From positions 186,001-250,000 of the IMG/VR virus record IMGVR_UViG_3300042473_001540: 64,000 bases of DNA. One strand, 5' to 3'. The position numbers and the translations under genes were made by a program. Shown here in pieces: positions 25,675-34,797 of this stretch. The notes beneath the pieces were generated by a model, which saw only the letters and a list, made by a program, of their open reading frames with translations, did no database searches and was not told the origin of the DNA. How positions within the stretch are numbered: position 1 is the stretch's first letter; the number at the start of each line of letters is the position of its first letter.

Positions 25675-25865
25675 TGGCCTACAAAGGTGACACGGTGAAG
25701 TTTCGAGTGAGCAGTCCCAACGGCACTTGGCGCACAGTCTCCACGCTGGAAGAGGCTGAGCAAGAGATCAAAACTCTGGTGGACACCTATGGTGTGGCCT
25801 GGGCCGCAGTGGATAGGATTGAGACCACAAGGATCCTTGTTCGGCAAGTCAAGGCTGATGAGTGA
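25671..25865 (+). CDS. Hypothetical protein
   Basis: ATGA overlap. Confidence 0.6.
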   Translation: MMAYKGDTVKFRVSSPNGTWRTVSTLEEAEQEIKTLVDTYGVAWAAVDRIETTRILVRQVKADE

Positions 25866-26085
25866 CTCTTACCTTGTAACTTTGGTAGCGCCTATGTGCG
25901 ATGATTTTGATCAAGTGTGTGATTGGTGCATGCAACAATGGCCGTGTAAGGAGCGGCGCTGGCATATACACTGGGCTGGATTAACAACTAGAGGCAAGGG
26001 GTGGCAAATCACTTGCAGTTTCTGGCACCAAGATGATCTCACCATGTTCCTGCTCACATGGGCGCACCTGGTTGAATCTAGATAA
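25858..26085 (+). CDS. LTW-family protein (TWxHLV subtype)
   Basis: SFWHQDDLTMFLLTWAHLVES. Confidence 0.8.
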   Translation: MSDSYLVTLVAPMCDDFDQVCDWCMQQWPCKERRWHIHWAGLTTRGKGWQITCSFWHQDDLTMFLLTWAHLVESR

Positions 26086-26098
26086 ACAGGCGATAGTG

Positions 26099-26338
26099 AT
26101 GGCTATACTGCCCTACACAGCCACATTGGTAGCACCCAAACTCCGGGAGCTTGACCAAGTTCAGGAATGGTGCCTACAAATGTGGCCTTGTACTCATCGA
26201 GCCACATGGTATCAAGATAATATGACAATGCAAGTATTTGCAAGGTTTGAATTCAAATGCACCTGGAGTTTTCAGTTTCGAGAAGATCTCACCATGTTCC
26301 TGCTGACCTGGAGTCATTTGGTGGACAGCCATGAGTGA
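26099..26338 (+). CDS. LTW-family protein (TWxHLV subtype)
   Basis: SFQFREDLTMFLLTWSHLVDS. Confidence 0.8.
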   Translation: MAILPYTATLVAPKLRELDQVQEWCLQMWPCTHRATWYQDNMTMQVFARFEFKCTWSFQFREDLTMFLLTWSHLVDSHE

Positions 26339-26585
26339 TGCATATGTTGTGACAGTGATGGCTTACTCACTTGAAGAATTTATCCCAGTTTACAACTGGT
26401 GCTGCCGCATGTGGGGCGATACAAGCTTGTATCAGACTTGGTGTATGGGTTGGGCTAATTCAGATCTTTTGCGTGGAGTATATGTTTGCGATTGGGCTTT
26501 TCAACACAAGGATGATCTCATCATGTTTTTACTGACTTGGGGTCATTTGGTTGACTCTAGCCAAGAGGCAGAAAGTTGTGAATGA
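26331..26585 (+). CDS. LTW-family protein (TWxHLV subtype)
   Basis: AFQHKDDLIMFLLTWGHLVDS. Confidence 0.8.
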   Translation: MSDAYVVTVMAYSLEEFIPVYNWCCRMWGDTSLYQTWCMGWANSDLLRGVYVCDWAFQHKDDLIMFLLTWGHLVDSSQEAESCE

Positions 26586-26854
26586 CAAGTTCAAGATAAC
26601 ATTGAGTGCCCACACAAAGGGAGAACTCGAAGCTGTGAATCTATGGTGCCAACAGTTGTGGCCAGGTGAGTGCGGGACAGTATGGGACAGCGGATGGCCA
26701 CTACCTACAACTTTTTTTTAGAGCAGGTGGCATCACTGCGTGGCGTTGCAGTTGGTGGTTGACACGCAGGGAAGATCATGCTATGTTCCTGTTGACATGG
26801 GCACATTTGGTAGAGCCGCCCCAGAATTACACAAGGTATCCTCAAAGTGAATAA
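26578..26854 (+). pseudogene. LTW-family gene split by a +1 frameshift at T8 (26712-26719)
   Basis: Frame 0 reads MNDKFKITLSAH...PTTFF*; the +1 frame continues RAGG...REDHAMFLLTWAHLVE. Confidence 0.75.
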
Positions 26855-26866
26855 GGACAACAAACG

Positions 26867-27250
26867 ATGACCCCGGCACAGAAAATCAAACAGCGAATCC
26901 TTCTCGATCTTGTTAACCAGGGTTCACTCAGCATTGACCCTGCTGCTATCACATCAGACAATGTGGACGAGCTTTACGAGGAGCAAGATGCCTGGGACAT
27001 TGAGTGTGACTTTCGCCAAGGCGAAGTTGAAACTGGTATTCCCTGCGAATATTCCCGGCACTACGAAAGCCAGAGCGTGGCTGCCCAGATGGCAGATGGT
27101 TCCTGGGTAGGCTGGACCTACTGGTATGGTGGCGGCAAGCATGGTGAACCCGAATCCATTCCTTGGATGAGCGAGGCCTACGAACTAGACGTCAAGGAAG
27201 AGGAGAAGTTGGTGATTGTTCAAACGTTCTCAAAGAAGGGAAAAGAATGA
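26867..27250 (+). CDS. Hypothetical protein
   Basis: SRHYESQSVAAQMADGSWVGWTYWYGGGKHG. Confidence 0.75.
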   Translation: MTPAQKIKQRILLDLVNQGSLSIDPAAITSDNVDELYEEQDAWDIECDFRQGEVETGIPCEYSRHYESQSVAAQMADGSWVGWTYWYGGGKHGEPESIPWMSEAYELDVKEEEKLVIVQTFSKKGKE

Positions 27251-27459
27251 ACCAGGATCTCAAAACTCGGCATATAGCACTGGCCTTGGCTCGAGCTGAT
27301 GATGAATACCGTGGCTTTGAGCCTTTTCCGGAACCTCCCCTGGATGCTGATGCGGACTGGTATCATGATCACGTGGATGGATGGCCATGGTATAAGCACA
27401 TGGCAGAAAGGCTGTTGACGCAACCCAACCTCTGTGCTATCCTACAAAACAATACATGA
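27247..27459 (+). CDS. Hypothetical protein
   Basis: ATGA overlap. Confidence 0.6.
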   Translation: MNQDLKTRHIALALARADDEYRGFEPFPEPPLDADADWYHDHVDGWPWYKHMAERLLTQPNLCAILQNNT

Positions 27460-27468
27460 GGTAAATCC

Positions 27469-27723
27469 ATGCAATACCTGCTCACCCAAGAAGAGTATGA
27501 CGCACTCCGAGCTCGACAGGAGCATGAACTCAAGCTGAGTAGAGCCAAGCTTCAGAAACTCTGCACCAGGATTGCGGACACTATGCCTGTGAAGTGGGGA
27601 TGGAGCAAGGACGAGGAAGCCAAGCCCTGGGGTTGTATCCACTCTCAGCAAGAAGAATGGTATTGCGATAGCTGTCCTGTGCAGGAAATCTGTCCTGAGC
27701 CCCACAAAGAGTGGAGCAAGTGA
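27469..27723 (+). CDS. Cys-containing hypothetical protein
   Basis: WGCI...YCDSCPVQEICP. Confidence 0.7.
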   Translation: MQYLLTQEEYDALRARQEHELKLSRAKLQKLCTRIADTMPVKWGWSKDEEAKPWGCIHSQQEEWYCDSCPVQEICPEPHKEWSK

Positions 27724-27980
27724 CAGCACTCCTACTCACCATCGCACTGGTCACAGGACTATGCTATCTGGTCAGCTTGTATCTGTCATTGTGGGTTGGT
27801 GTGTTTATGATCCTATGGATACTGTTCAGCATCGGCTGGTTTTTCCGAACCTGGGCAGTCAAGGACAAGGATGGCCCGGAAACCATGTTTGATCGGATAG
27901 TGATCTCAAGCATAATACCAGTTGCCATGCTGTTTGGATTTTTGAATAATCTCCTACAAAAAAGGTTGGGATTGCCCTGA
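27711..27980 (+). CDS. Membrane protein
   Basis: Three hydrophobic segments. Confidence 0.65.
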   Translation: MEQVTALLLTIALVTGLCYLVSLYLSLWVGVFMILWILFSIGWFFRTWAVKDKDGPETMFDRIVISSIIPVAMLFGFLNNLLQKRLGLP

Positions 27981-28249
27981 TGAAATCAGATATTATCAAT
28001 CGCCTCACAGATCAAGCTGATGAGCATGCCAGTGACTATGTTGGCAGTCTACGCCAGCGTGGTCTTCAAGTGCTGCCCGAATACTACGAGCAAGCGTTCA
28101 GGAATAAGTTTGCTGAACTGATTGTGAGAGAATGTGCTGACATTGTGGACCGGATGGATGAGGGTCGCAATGAATACTTCCAGCGACTGGACGGGACCAA
28201 GGTCGTCACCGGAGACGTATTGAAACACTATTTTGGTATCCGGGAATAA
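27980..28249 (+). CDS. Hypothetical protein
   Basis: KFAELIVRECADIV pattern common in small phage proteins. Confidence 0.7.
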   Translation: MKSDIINRLTDQADEHASDYVGSLRQRGLQVLPEYYEQAFRNKFAELIVRECADIVDRMDEGRNEYFQRLDGTKVVTGDVLKHYFGIRE

Positions 28250-28254
28250 CCAAC

Positions 28255-28563
28255 ATGCTGTGCTATAACCCAGCCCACCCACACCATCACAATCAAACAT
28301 TGTGGTGTGTGTATGGGTTTGAAAGCTTTCCTGAAATTATCTGCTGCAAGATTGTCCCCCATCCCGAGTTTGGGCCCATCATCTGGGGCTACAGCGTCTA
28401 CCGGGGCGTGCCAGGGTTCCGCACGCTGGGCCAAAATGTCATCAACTGGCAGAGGGGATTGGAAGAGCGGTTTGGCCACACCATGTTTGAATTCTATACC
28501 ACGCAAGAAGAGGCCTTGGAGAGGCTGCGGGAGCTTACCACCCCAGCGGCAGAGGCAGTGTGA
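28255..28563 (+). CDS. Hypothetical protein
   Basis: Fits the operon. Confidence 0.6.
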   Translation: MLCYNPAHPHHHNQTLWCVYGFESFPEIICCKIVPHPEFGPIIWGYSVYRGVPGFRTLGQNVINWQRGLEERFGHTMFEFYTTQEEALERLRELTTPAAEAV

Positions 28564-28566
28564 CTT

Positions 28567-28779
28567 ATGCACTTGATGCGCACCTGGCTGTTGAATCTCA
28601 GTGATGAAGAAATCACCCAGGCTATTGACAGTTGGTTTGATCGGGAGATTTGGGATCAAACTCCCGACAAGCTGCGATGGATAGTGATTGATCTTGATCT
28701 CTACGAACAAGCCGTGCATTTGCAAAAGTGTAACTTTGATCGTGCATATGCCCAACTCACCTGGAAAGGACCCAGCTAG
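28567..28779 (+). CDS. Hypothetical protein
   Basis: Fits the operon. Confidence 0.6.
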   Translation: MHLMRTWLLNLSDEEITQAIDSWFDREIWDQTPDKLRWIVIDLDLYEQAVHLQKCNFDRAYAQLTWKGPS

Positions 28780-29057
28780 TGCTCTATACCGTAGCTGTGA
28801 GTTATTTTGCCACAGGCGAGGGACATACCTTGAGCCTGTGGATTGGCGTTGCTAGAGACCCCCAGGATGCCCGAGAAAAGTTTCAGCAGGCTGTGCCCAA
28901 TGGCAGTTTTTGGGTGCAGGGTGCAGAAACTTTTGAAGGTGTCAATCGTGAGCATGTGGCATGCAAGTATCTGCTCACACCATTGGCACTCACAAATCTA
29001 GAGGATCCTCATTGCATGCGTGAGTTTTCTGCTCAGCTGCATTTCAACTACAGTTGA
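28779..29057 (+). CDS. Hypothetical protein
   Basis: SYFATGEG...EFSAQLHFNYS. Confidence 0.65.
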   Translation: MLYTVAVSYFATGEGHTLSLWIGVARDPQDAREKFQQAVPNGSFWVQGAETFEGVNREHVACKYLLTPLALTNLEDPHCMREFSAQLHFNYS

Positions 29058-29108
29058 CATAGTGACAGACATGTGCTACTGTGCAAGCTGCACAATAAGG
29101 TGTGTTCA

Positions 29109-29315
29109 ATGTTTAGGATTGAAAAACGGCTCAGCAGTTTCTTCCGCAAAAACAGCTTGCGTGGTGCTCCATTCAAGCAATGGACCTTGCACAAAACCTA
29201 TGACAGGCTAGCTGATGCAGTTCAAGCCTATGATACGATGATCTCCAAACCCGGATACGGTATGAATTGGCGCATTGTATCTGGAGATACTGTAGTCAAA
29301 CAAAAGAACAAATAG
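29109..29315 (+). CDS. Hypothetical basic protein
   Basis: After TTGACA-N17-TACTGT at 29054. Confidence 0.6.
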   Translation: MFRIEKRLSSFFRKNSLRGAPFKQWTLHKTYDRLADAVQAYDTMISKPGYGMNWRIVSGDTVVKQKNK

Positions 29316-29428
29316 ACATGGTAGCCGTATTATGAATTGGGAAAGTTTGTTGTTCCTTCTGCTGAGCATGTTGTTTGCCAGCTTGGTTGTGTTGACCACA
29401 TTATTCCCATAGCACAAGGATTGAAGAA

Positions 29429-29704
29429 ATGAGCCAAGACTTGGACGACGATTGGGATTGGGAAGAATTTTTCCGTCAATTTCCCTGTGGTGCGGCTGTG
29501 ATTTTTGGTAACCATGTGGTGCATGCTGAGGGGTATCCTGAACCAGTCTCGGACATTGACGAAACTGAATTGCGCAAAGAGTTGGCAGAAGATCACGAGC
29601 TGGAACTGACCCTTCTCCGAGATTACTCAGTCATACGATTGGAAGGAGATAACTGGCGCCAGTTGATGCAGCAGTATGCAGGTGCAGATGGCACGCAGAA
29701 ATAA
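29429..29704 (+). CDS. Hypothetical acidic protein
   Basis: 91-aa ORF. Confidence 0.65.
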   Translation: MSQDLDDDWDWEEFFRQFPCGAAVIFGNHVVHAEGYPEPVSDIDETELRKELAEDHELELTLLRDYSVIRLEGDNWRQLMQQYAGADGTQK

Positions 29705-29927
29705 GACGCCACAACGGATCAAACCCCGCCGAGGATGGCACCGCGTGGTGTTGCCCAATGTACCCAATCCTTGGCGTGAGTTACTGACGGGCATGCCATC
29801 AACTGTGTCAAAGATTGACGACTGGCTGGCAGAAAACACCTCTGGCAAATGTGAGCAGTTTCGCTACAACACATGGGACTTCAAACGCCAAGAAGATGCC
29901 CTGTTGTTTACCTTGACGTGGGGATAG
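29688..29927 (+). CDS. LTW-family protein
   Basis: Ends WDFKRQEDALLFTLTWG. Confidence 0.8.
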   Translation: MARRNKTPQRIKPRRGWHRVVLPNVPNPWRELLTGMPSTVSKIDDWLAENTSGKCEQFRYNTWDFKRQEDALLFTLTWG

Positions 29928-29928
29928 C

Positions 29929-30264
29929 ATGGAAATAAAAATCACCAAACAAACTGTCCTTGCCCCTGTGCGTAAGTTGAGCGCAACTTGGACAATGGAA
30001 AAACCACAAACATTGAAACACACTGTGAGCGATGAGATCGAGCAACTTATCCAGGAAGAGATCAACAGTGAAATTTTAGCCGAAATATATCGAGTCCAAG
30101 GATGGTATCTTGTACCCCTCACTGCTCACAGCGTCTGGACAAAAGGCGCAGTGACGCCATGGCTCTTGGAACATTACCCAGATGGTGGTTACTATCTCTT
30201 CACTGGTGGTTGCATGTTCCGGGACAAAGAGATGGCTGTGGAGTTTGAGCTCACATGGACATAA
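29929..30264 (+). CDS. LTW-family protein fused to a gp23 major-capsid-like segment
   Basis: N-terminus IKITKQTVLAPVRKLSATWTME...EEINSEILAEI; C-terminus MFRDKEMAVEFELTWT. Confidence 0.7.
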   Translation: MEIKITKQTVLAPVRKLSATWTMEKPQTLKHTVSDEIEQLIQEEINSEILAEIYRVQGWYLVPLTAHSVWTKGAVTPWLLEHYPDGGYYLFTGGCMFRDKEMAVEFELTWT

Positions 30265-30467
30265 TACCCAAGTTCAGTTTCCTGCATCGTGTGGAATATC
30301 GGGATCTGCCCGAAGACCCGAGAGTTATGAACTATGGAGAATCTCGCACACAAATGATCATATGGTGCTGGAAAAATCTTCCTTTGAGCGATTGGTCGCA
30401 TGACCCCTTGGGTATTGATTTCAAGCATCAAGAAGGTCTCATGCAGTTTATGTTAACGTGGACATGA
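30255..30467 (+). CDS. LTW-family protein
   Basis: Ends DFKHQEGLMQFMLTWT. Confidence 0.8.
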   Translation: MDIIPKFSFLHRVEYRDLPEDPRVMNYGESRTQMIIWCWKNLPLSDWSHDPLGIDFKHQEGLMQFMLTWT

Positions 30468-30685
30468 TTGTTACCAAGTGCTTGCCCGGCGGTGGATGGT
30501 ATGCCGAAGTCATGCTGGACGATAGTGAATGGCCACCAATTGATGAAAATGACCAATGGTTAGACAGACCCATTCGACGTTGGGTAAGAGAACACACTGA
30601 GGGAGCACATTTTTTCAGTTTTAGGGGAACAATACTGTTCAGTAACGAAAGTGATCTCACAGCGTTTGTGGTCTCTTGGTCATAA
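30458..30685 (+). CDS. LTW-family protein
   Basis: Ends LFSNESDLTAFVVSWS. Confidence 0.75.
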   Translation: MDMIVTKCLPGGGWYAEVMLDDSEWPPIDENDQWLDRPIRRWVREHTEGAHFFSFRGTILFSNESDLTAFVVSWS

Positions 30686-30693
30686 CACGTAGA

Positions 30694-30933
30694 GTGGCCC
30701 GCTTTTTGGAAAAGGAGAAGGATCCTCTCTACCCTTATCCGGTTGTGTTTGACAACATGGAAGTCTCTGAGGCTGAAATACTTCGAGCCTGGCTAAGACA
30801 GCATGGTGGCCGAGAAAACGAGGATTGGGCTTGGACTCATGGATGGTGGGGAGATACCGTTCACTGTTTTAGGTTTCGAGATCCTTGCACAGCAGAGTTT
30901 TTCCGCTTGACTTGGCACCCAACAAGCGTATAG
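30694..30933 (+). CDS. LTW-family protein
   Basis: FRFRDPCTAEFFRLTWH. Confidence 0.75.
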   Translation: MARFLEKEKDPLYPYPVVFDNMEVSEAEILRAWLRQHGGRENEDWAWTHGWWGDTVHCFRFRDPCTAEFFRLTWHPTSV

Positions 30934-30940
30934 TTGCAGT

Positions 30941-31108
30941 ATGAAATACGACTCAGATATATGGTGTTGTGAGATTCTGCTGGCACGCTATCAGCAAGGA
31001 TGTTTACAACATACCAATCTATCTTCTTGCCCTGATTTTTTGGTGAATTGGGCAGCACAATCTCAATTGTTTTGTAGGCAGTGGAAAACAAAAAATGAAC
31101 ACCAATAA
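30941..31108 (+). CDS. Small hypothetical protein (not in the ORF track)
   Basis: 55-aa ORF filling the gap between genes. Confidence 0.4.
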   Translation: MKYDSDIWCCEILLARYQQGCLQHTNLSSCPDFLVNWAAQSQLFCRQWKTKNEHQ

Positions 31109-31523
31109 TCCCAAAACTGTTTGGCACGAGGATGGAACCAGCCCAGTTCCTGGCTCGCGTGTATTTGTTTTTGGCAGCAATCTCGCTGGCATTCACGGTG
31201 CCGGAGCGGCCCGGGAGGCTGCCGCTAAATTTGGTGCCCTGTATGGTTGCGGCCATGGCTGGCAACCTCTCAATCAAAGCTATGCCATTCCCACCAAGGA
31301 CCGTCGAATCCACACCCTAGCTTTGGATGAGATCAAACTCTATATTGATGAATTTGTGCGACTCACACAAAGCCCGTTTGTTATGAATAGTGGTTATTGG
31401 GTCACCCGAGTGGGCTGTGGCCTAGCTGGTTACCAAGACCACGACATTGCACCATTGTTCCGTGGCGCAGTAAATTGCAGTTTTCCTTTGCCTTGGCGCC
31501 AGTATTTGGAGCTTGAGACTTGA
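31095..31523 (+). CDS. A1S_2505-like / macro-domain-like phage protein
   Basis: VFVFGSNLAGIHGAGAA...SYAIPTK...VTRVGCGLAG. Confidence 0.75.
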   Translation: MNTNNPKTVWHEDGTSPVPGSRVFVFGSNLAGIHGAGAAREAAAKFGALYGCGHGWQPLNQSYAIPTKDRRIHTLALDEIKLYIDEFVRLTQSPFVMNSGYWVTRVGCGLAGYQDHDIAPLFRGAVNCSFPLPWRQYLELET

Positions 31524-31828
31524 TTGACATAGCTTTTCCTAATAGCCGCATTGGGCACTACATGCGGGTCACAAAGAGGTCTGGAAAGTGGGTGATGCAA
31601 CAAAGCTACATTGCACTGATTCACAAAATCGCCACCACCGAAGACTGCTATTACCTTGACTTCTACAAAAGCCGAGATAATGCCACAATGCTGGAGTGGT
31701 GCCAAAACGCATGGGGTCCGCCAGAGGTTGGTGAAACATGGTGGCAAAAGCTCACTGGGCAAGCTCAACTCACACTTGTGATACGTGGCGAAGAGCGTGT
31801 CACGCAATGGCAACTAACCTGGGAGTAA
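31520..31828 (+). CDS. LTW-family protein with longer N-terminus
   Basis: Ends VIRGEERVTQWQLTWE. Confidence 0.7.
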   Translation: MIDIAFPNSRIGHYMRVTKRSGKWVMQQSYIALIHKIATTEDCYYLDFYKSRDNATMLEWCQNAWGPPEVGETWWQKLTGQAQLTLVIRGEERVTQWQLTWE

Positions 31829-31832
31829 GCCA

Positions 31833-32120
31833 ATGAGCAGTGAATATCAGCATTTGAAAACTCTTGCATCGGAAATTTTCCGGCTGATGGGCGAGGAGAG
31901 TTTCACAGAGATAGACAGCATCTTGAGCAATATGCAGCCTACACTTCAAACAGAAGTAGAGATGGTGGCACTGCTACGCTACAGTTTTACAGCTCGGCAT
32001 CATCTCACCTGTTACCATATCTATCTTGACGCAGTAGCACAGGAATTGCTGCGTCGTGGCAAAGATGTGGAGAGGATTTTGCAGGGACTGCCCTTCTACA
32101 GCATCGATAGGTATCCATGA
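31833..32120 (+). CDS. Hypothetical protein
   Basis: Fits the operon. Confidence 0.65.
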   Translation: MSSEYQHLKTLASEIFRLMGEESFTEIDSILSNMQPTLQTEVEMVALLRYSFTARHHLTCYHIYLDAVAQELLRRGKDVERILQGLPFYSIDRYP

Positions 32121-32383
32121 GTCAGCAGGCTGCGCAGACTAGGGAGGCACATTTGTTGAATCACCAACCAGTTGACTGGGCAGATGATGTGATGGGGTTT
32201 CCCTACGCAGTCGCATGCAAGGTCACAGTGGTGGATTTGTGGCTTCGAACCAACTGGTGCAAGCAAAACATTGGCTGCTGGTTGGTAGATTGGACTCACA
32301 CATATGATAACCACCGGCAGGTGTATTGGTACTGTTTCTCTAGTCAGGAGCAATTGACACAGTTTCAACTCACATGGTGTTGA
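32117..32383 (+). CDS. LTW-family protein
   Basis: Ends YCFSSQEQLTQFQLTWC. Confidence 0.8.
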   Translation: MSQQAAQTREAHLLNHQPVDWADDVMGFPYAVACKVTVVDLWLRTNWCKQNIGCWLVDWTHTYDNHRQVYWYCFSSQEQLTQFQLTWC

Positions 32384-32408
32384 ACGTTTCACAAGAAGGA
32401 AGGAACAG

Positions 32409-32651
32409 GTGATTCGTATGGTTTTGCAGAAAATTTATCAACAAAATCAATGGTATGATAGCTTAAGTGGACATTACGTGCACCCCTACAAAGTTCCTGT
32501 TGTTTCTCACGCCCCAAGCGGTTGCATTCGCCCGGGACATCTATTGGGTTATACTTTTCTCAGGCACTCCTATGTTCCTCTATCTCATGTGGGGCTTATG
32601 GCACTGTGGCGCTTTCCGTATGTGATCAAGAACAAGCGTCAGCAACGTTGA
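32409..32651 (+). CDS. Hypothetical protein
   Basis: AAGGA RBS. Confidence 0.55.
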   Translation: MIRMVLQKIYQQNQWYDSLSGHYVHPYKVPVVSHAPSGCIRPGHLLGYTFLRHSYVPLSHVGLMALWRFPYVIKNKRQQR

Positions 32652-32697
32652 CACACAACAACAATCCGTTACTATAATATTACAAAAGGAGACTACT

Positions 32698-33069
32698 ATG
32701 CGAATTCAGGTGCCATTCAAGCCAGGCTACCGTTTCTGGAGCCCGCGTGTGCTCCGTCGAAGCGAGCTGGTCACCATCACGCATGAGTGCAAGGAGTATT
32801 CTCGGCGAGAAGAAACTCTTGAGATCAGTGCCCGGCACAAGGAGATCACCAGTGTTGAAATCACACTGAACCAAACTGGTGAGTCCAAGTTTCGCTATTG
32901 GGCTGTGACTGTGGGAAAGACAATGGCTATACACACTCTTGTTGATCCCTATTCGGGATTCAGCAATGAGCAAGATGCAACAGAGTTCGCTCGTCTCTGG
33001 CGAGATACACAGAGCACTGAATATTTTGGTAGCCCAATTGGCGAGTGCCATGATTACGACCATGAGTGA
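32698..33069 (+). CDS. Hypothetical protein
   Basis: Promoter at 32648, AAGGAG RBS. Confidence 0.7.
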   Translation: MRIQVPFKPGYRFWSPRVLRRSELVTITHECKEYSRREETLEISARHKEITSVEITLNQTGESKFRYWAVTVGKTMAIHTLVDPYSGFSNEQDATEFARLWRDTQSTEYFGSPIGECHDYDHE

Positions 33070-33262
33070 CGAAGTCATCAATTATGTGATTGCACGTCCT
33101 TGGGATACTCAAGAGCCCAACAATCTCTGCATCTATCACTTGCACAGTGAAGTGCATCGTGGCACAATAGAGGATGCAATGCTGACCTTGTCTCGTGTGC
33201 AACAGAGTAATCCTGGTTTTGAATATGAGGTATATGAGGTGTTTTACAGGAAGTTAAGTTGA
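33062..33262 (+). CDS. Hypothetical protein
   Basis: Coupled ORF. Confidence 0.6.
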   Translation: MSDEVINYVIARPWDTQEPNNLCIYHLHSEVHRGTIEDAMLTLSRVQQSNPGFEYEVYEVFYRKLS

Positions 33263-33537
33263 TGGGTTGGTTTGATAACTGCACAAAGGTTTGTCTATCG
33301 GGCCAAATACCCTGTAACTGTGATTTCATGCCGGGTCAGCAGGTGTTTCTCACAAGCAAGGACAGAGATCGTCATGCTGAAGACTATGCAAGTAGGAAAA
33401 CCAATTGGAGTGCGCCTTTTGAACCTTGGGTTGTGGAAACATGGCGCAGGTGTAGTGAAGCAACAGGCGCAGACAAAGTTGCCCAGAAAGTGCGTGACCG
33501 TTTGACCAACAGGCCTGTCTTTGCCAAACGACCTTAA
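33262..33537 (+). CDS. Hypothetical protein
   Basis: Coupled ORF; CLSGQIPCNC. Confidence 0.55.
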   Translation: MGWFDNCTKVCLSGQIPCNCDFMPGQQVFLTSKDRDRHAEDYASRKTNWSAPFEPWVVETWRRCSEATGADKVAQKVRDRLTNRPVFAKRP

Positions 33538-33817
33538 TACCTGCTGTATTTTTGAATTTCCTATGGGAGGTGTTACCAGCTGGGTAGTGCGGTTGCCCAA
33601 CAGCACCAACGGCCACGAACCCCAAGTAGTCAATTGGCTAATTGAGAGATTTGGCATCGACGATCACGAATATTGGACAAAAATCTTCAACCAGAAGAGA
33701 GAGACGCCCAACAGCCTTTGGAAACGAGGCAGCATCTGCACCTATGTGTATCAGGAATACTGGTTCACCAACAGAGATGATGCATTTGAGACCTATTTGG
33801 TGTTCTCAAAAATTTAA
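33521..33817 (+). CDS. Divergent LTW-family protein
   Basis: YWFTNRDDAFETYLVFS. Confidence 0.6.
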   Translation: MPNDLNTCCIFEFPMGGVTSWVVRLPNSTNGHEPQVVNWLIERFGIDDHEYWTKIFNQKRETPNSLWKRGSICTYVYQEYWFTNRDDAFETYLVFSKI

Positions 33818-33832
33818 ATTGAAAGGAAAATT

Positions 33833-34489
33833 ATGTTAGATACTATGGCAGATGTGATGCGCACAGCCTACGAGAGAGGTTGGATCACCACAAGAGACGG
33901 AAATGTAAGCATGCGACGAGCAGTACAAAACTGCATGTATATTACACCAACAGGAGTTCGCAAACAGGTTCTCACCAGCGAGAGCATGATCAAGCTGTAT
34001 TTTCCTGAAGACCGGATGAGTTCAGATGCATGGAGCAGGATGACTCGTGCTGATGACCTTTACCAACAGCGAATCATTGGCTTGCGTCCCAGTGGTGAAC
34101 TGCCCTTCCACTATTGGCTACAAGTTAACACGCCTACTTCAAATCGTGTTGTGTTGCATCTTCATCCCACTCACATTGTGGCTGCAATGTATGCTGGTAT
34201 GGATCTACAACAGATTGTACGTGATTTTCCTGAGCTTGAGAACCACACAACTGTAGGCCCAACTGTGGGCAAAGTACAAGCGCAAAGCACAGATCTTGGC
34301 TCAGCTGTTGCCCAAGCTTTTGATGTGCAACCTGATGGAGGCATCAATAGCCACATAATTGGGTTGCACATGCATGGCGTAGTAGCAGTGGATGTGGATC
34401 CTTGGTCAGCCTATGGTCACATCGAGAGATTGAACCATGTGTGTGAGATTGTGTTGGCTGCTGGAGGAATGCGTGACCAAACCCGTTGA
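33833..34489 (+). CDS. Class II aldolase/adducin family protein
   Basis: DGNVSMR, ITPTG, PSGELPFH, VLHLHP, HGVVAV. Confidence 0.88.
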   Translation: MLDTMADVMRTAYERGWITTRDGNVSMRRAVQNCMYITPTGVRKQVLTSESMIKLYFPEDRMSSDAWSRMTRADDLYQQRIIGLRPSGELPFHYWLQVNTPTSNRVVLHLHPTHIVAAMYAGMDLQQIVRDFPELENHTTVGPTVGKVQAQSTDLGSAVAQAFDVQPDGGINSHIIGLHMHGVVAVDVDPWSAYGHIERLNHVCEIVLAAGGMRDQTR

Positions 34490-34769
34490 GCATGACCTCA
34501 ACTCACTACCCCTTGGTCAAATCCACGAGGCCATGATTTGGTTTTACGACACATATGATGTACGAGAAGCTGAGGCTGACAAGTCTACTGGCGTAATAAA
34601 CGTTAAACTGCCTATTGACAACTTCTCTGAGGTGGCACTGACTTTGCACGAGCTGTGGCAGGAAACCTTCCTGCGCAGCCAGCACAGTGATCTCAAGGAC
34701 GAGTATCAACGCTATGAAAGTTTGCGTCTGTTGATCAAAAGCTTGACTGAAAAAACAATTCGCGTATAA
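34473..34769 (+). CDS. Hypothetical protein
   Basis: GTG start after GGAGGA. Confidence 0.6.
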   Translation: MTKPVEHDLNSLPLGQIHEAMIWFYDTYDVREAEADKSTGVINVKLPIDNFSEVALTLHELWQETFLRSQHSDLKDEYQRYESLRLLIKSLTEKTIRV

Positions 34770-34797
34770 CAAGACAACACTGCACTCAGGAAGCATC

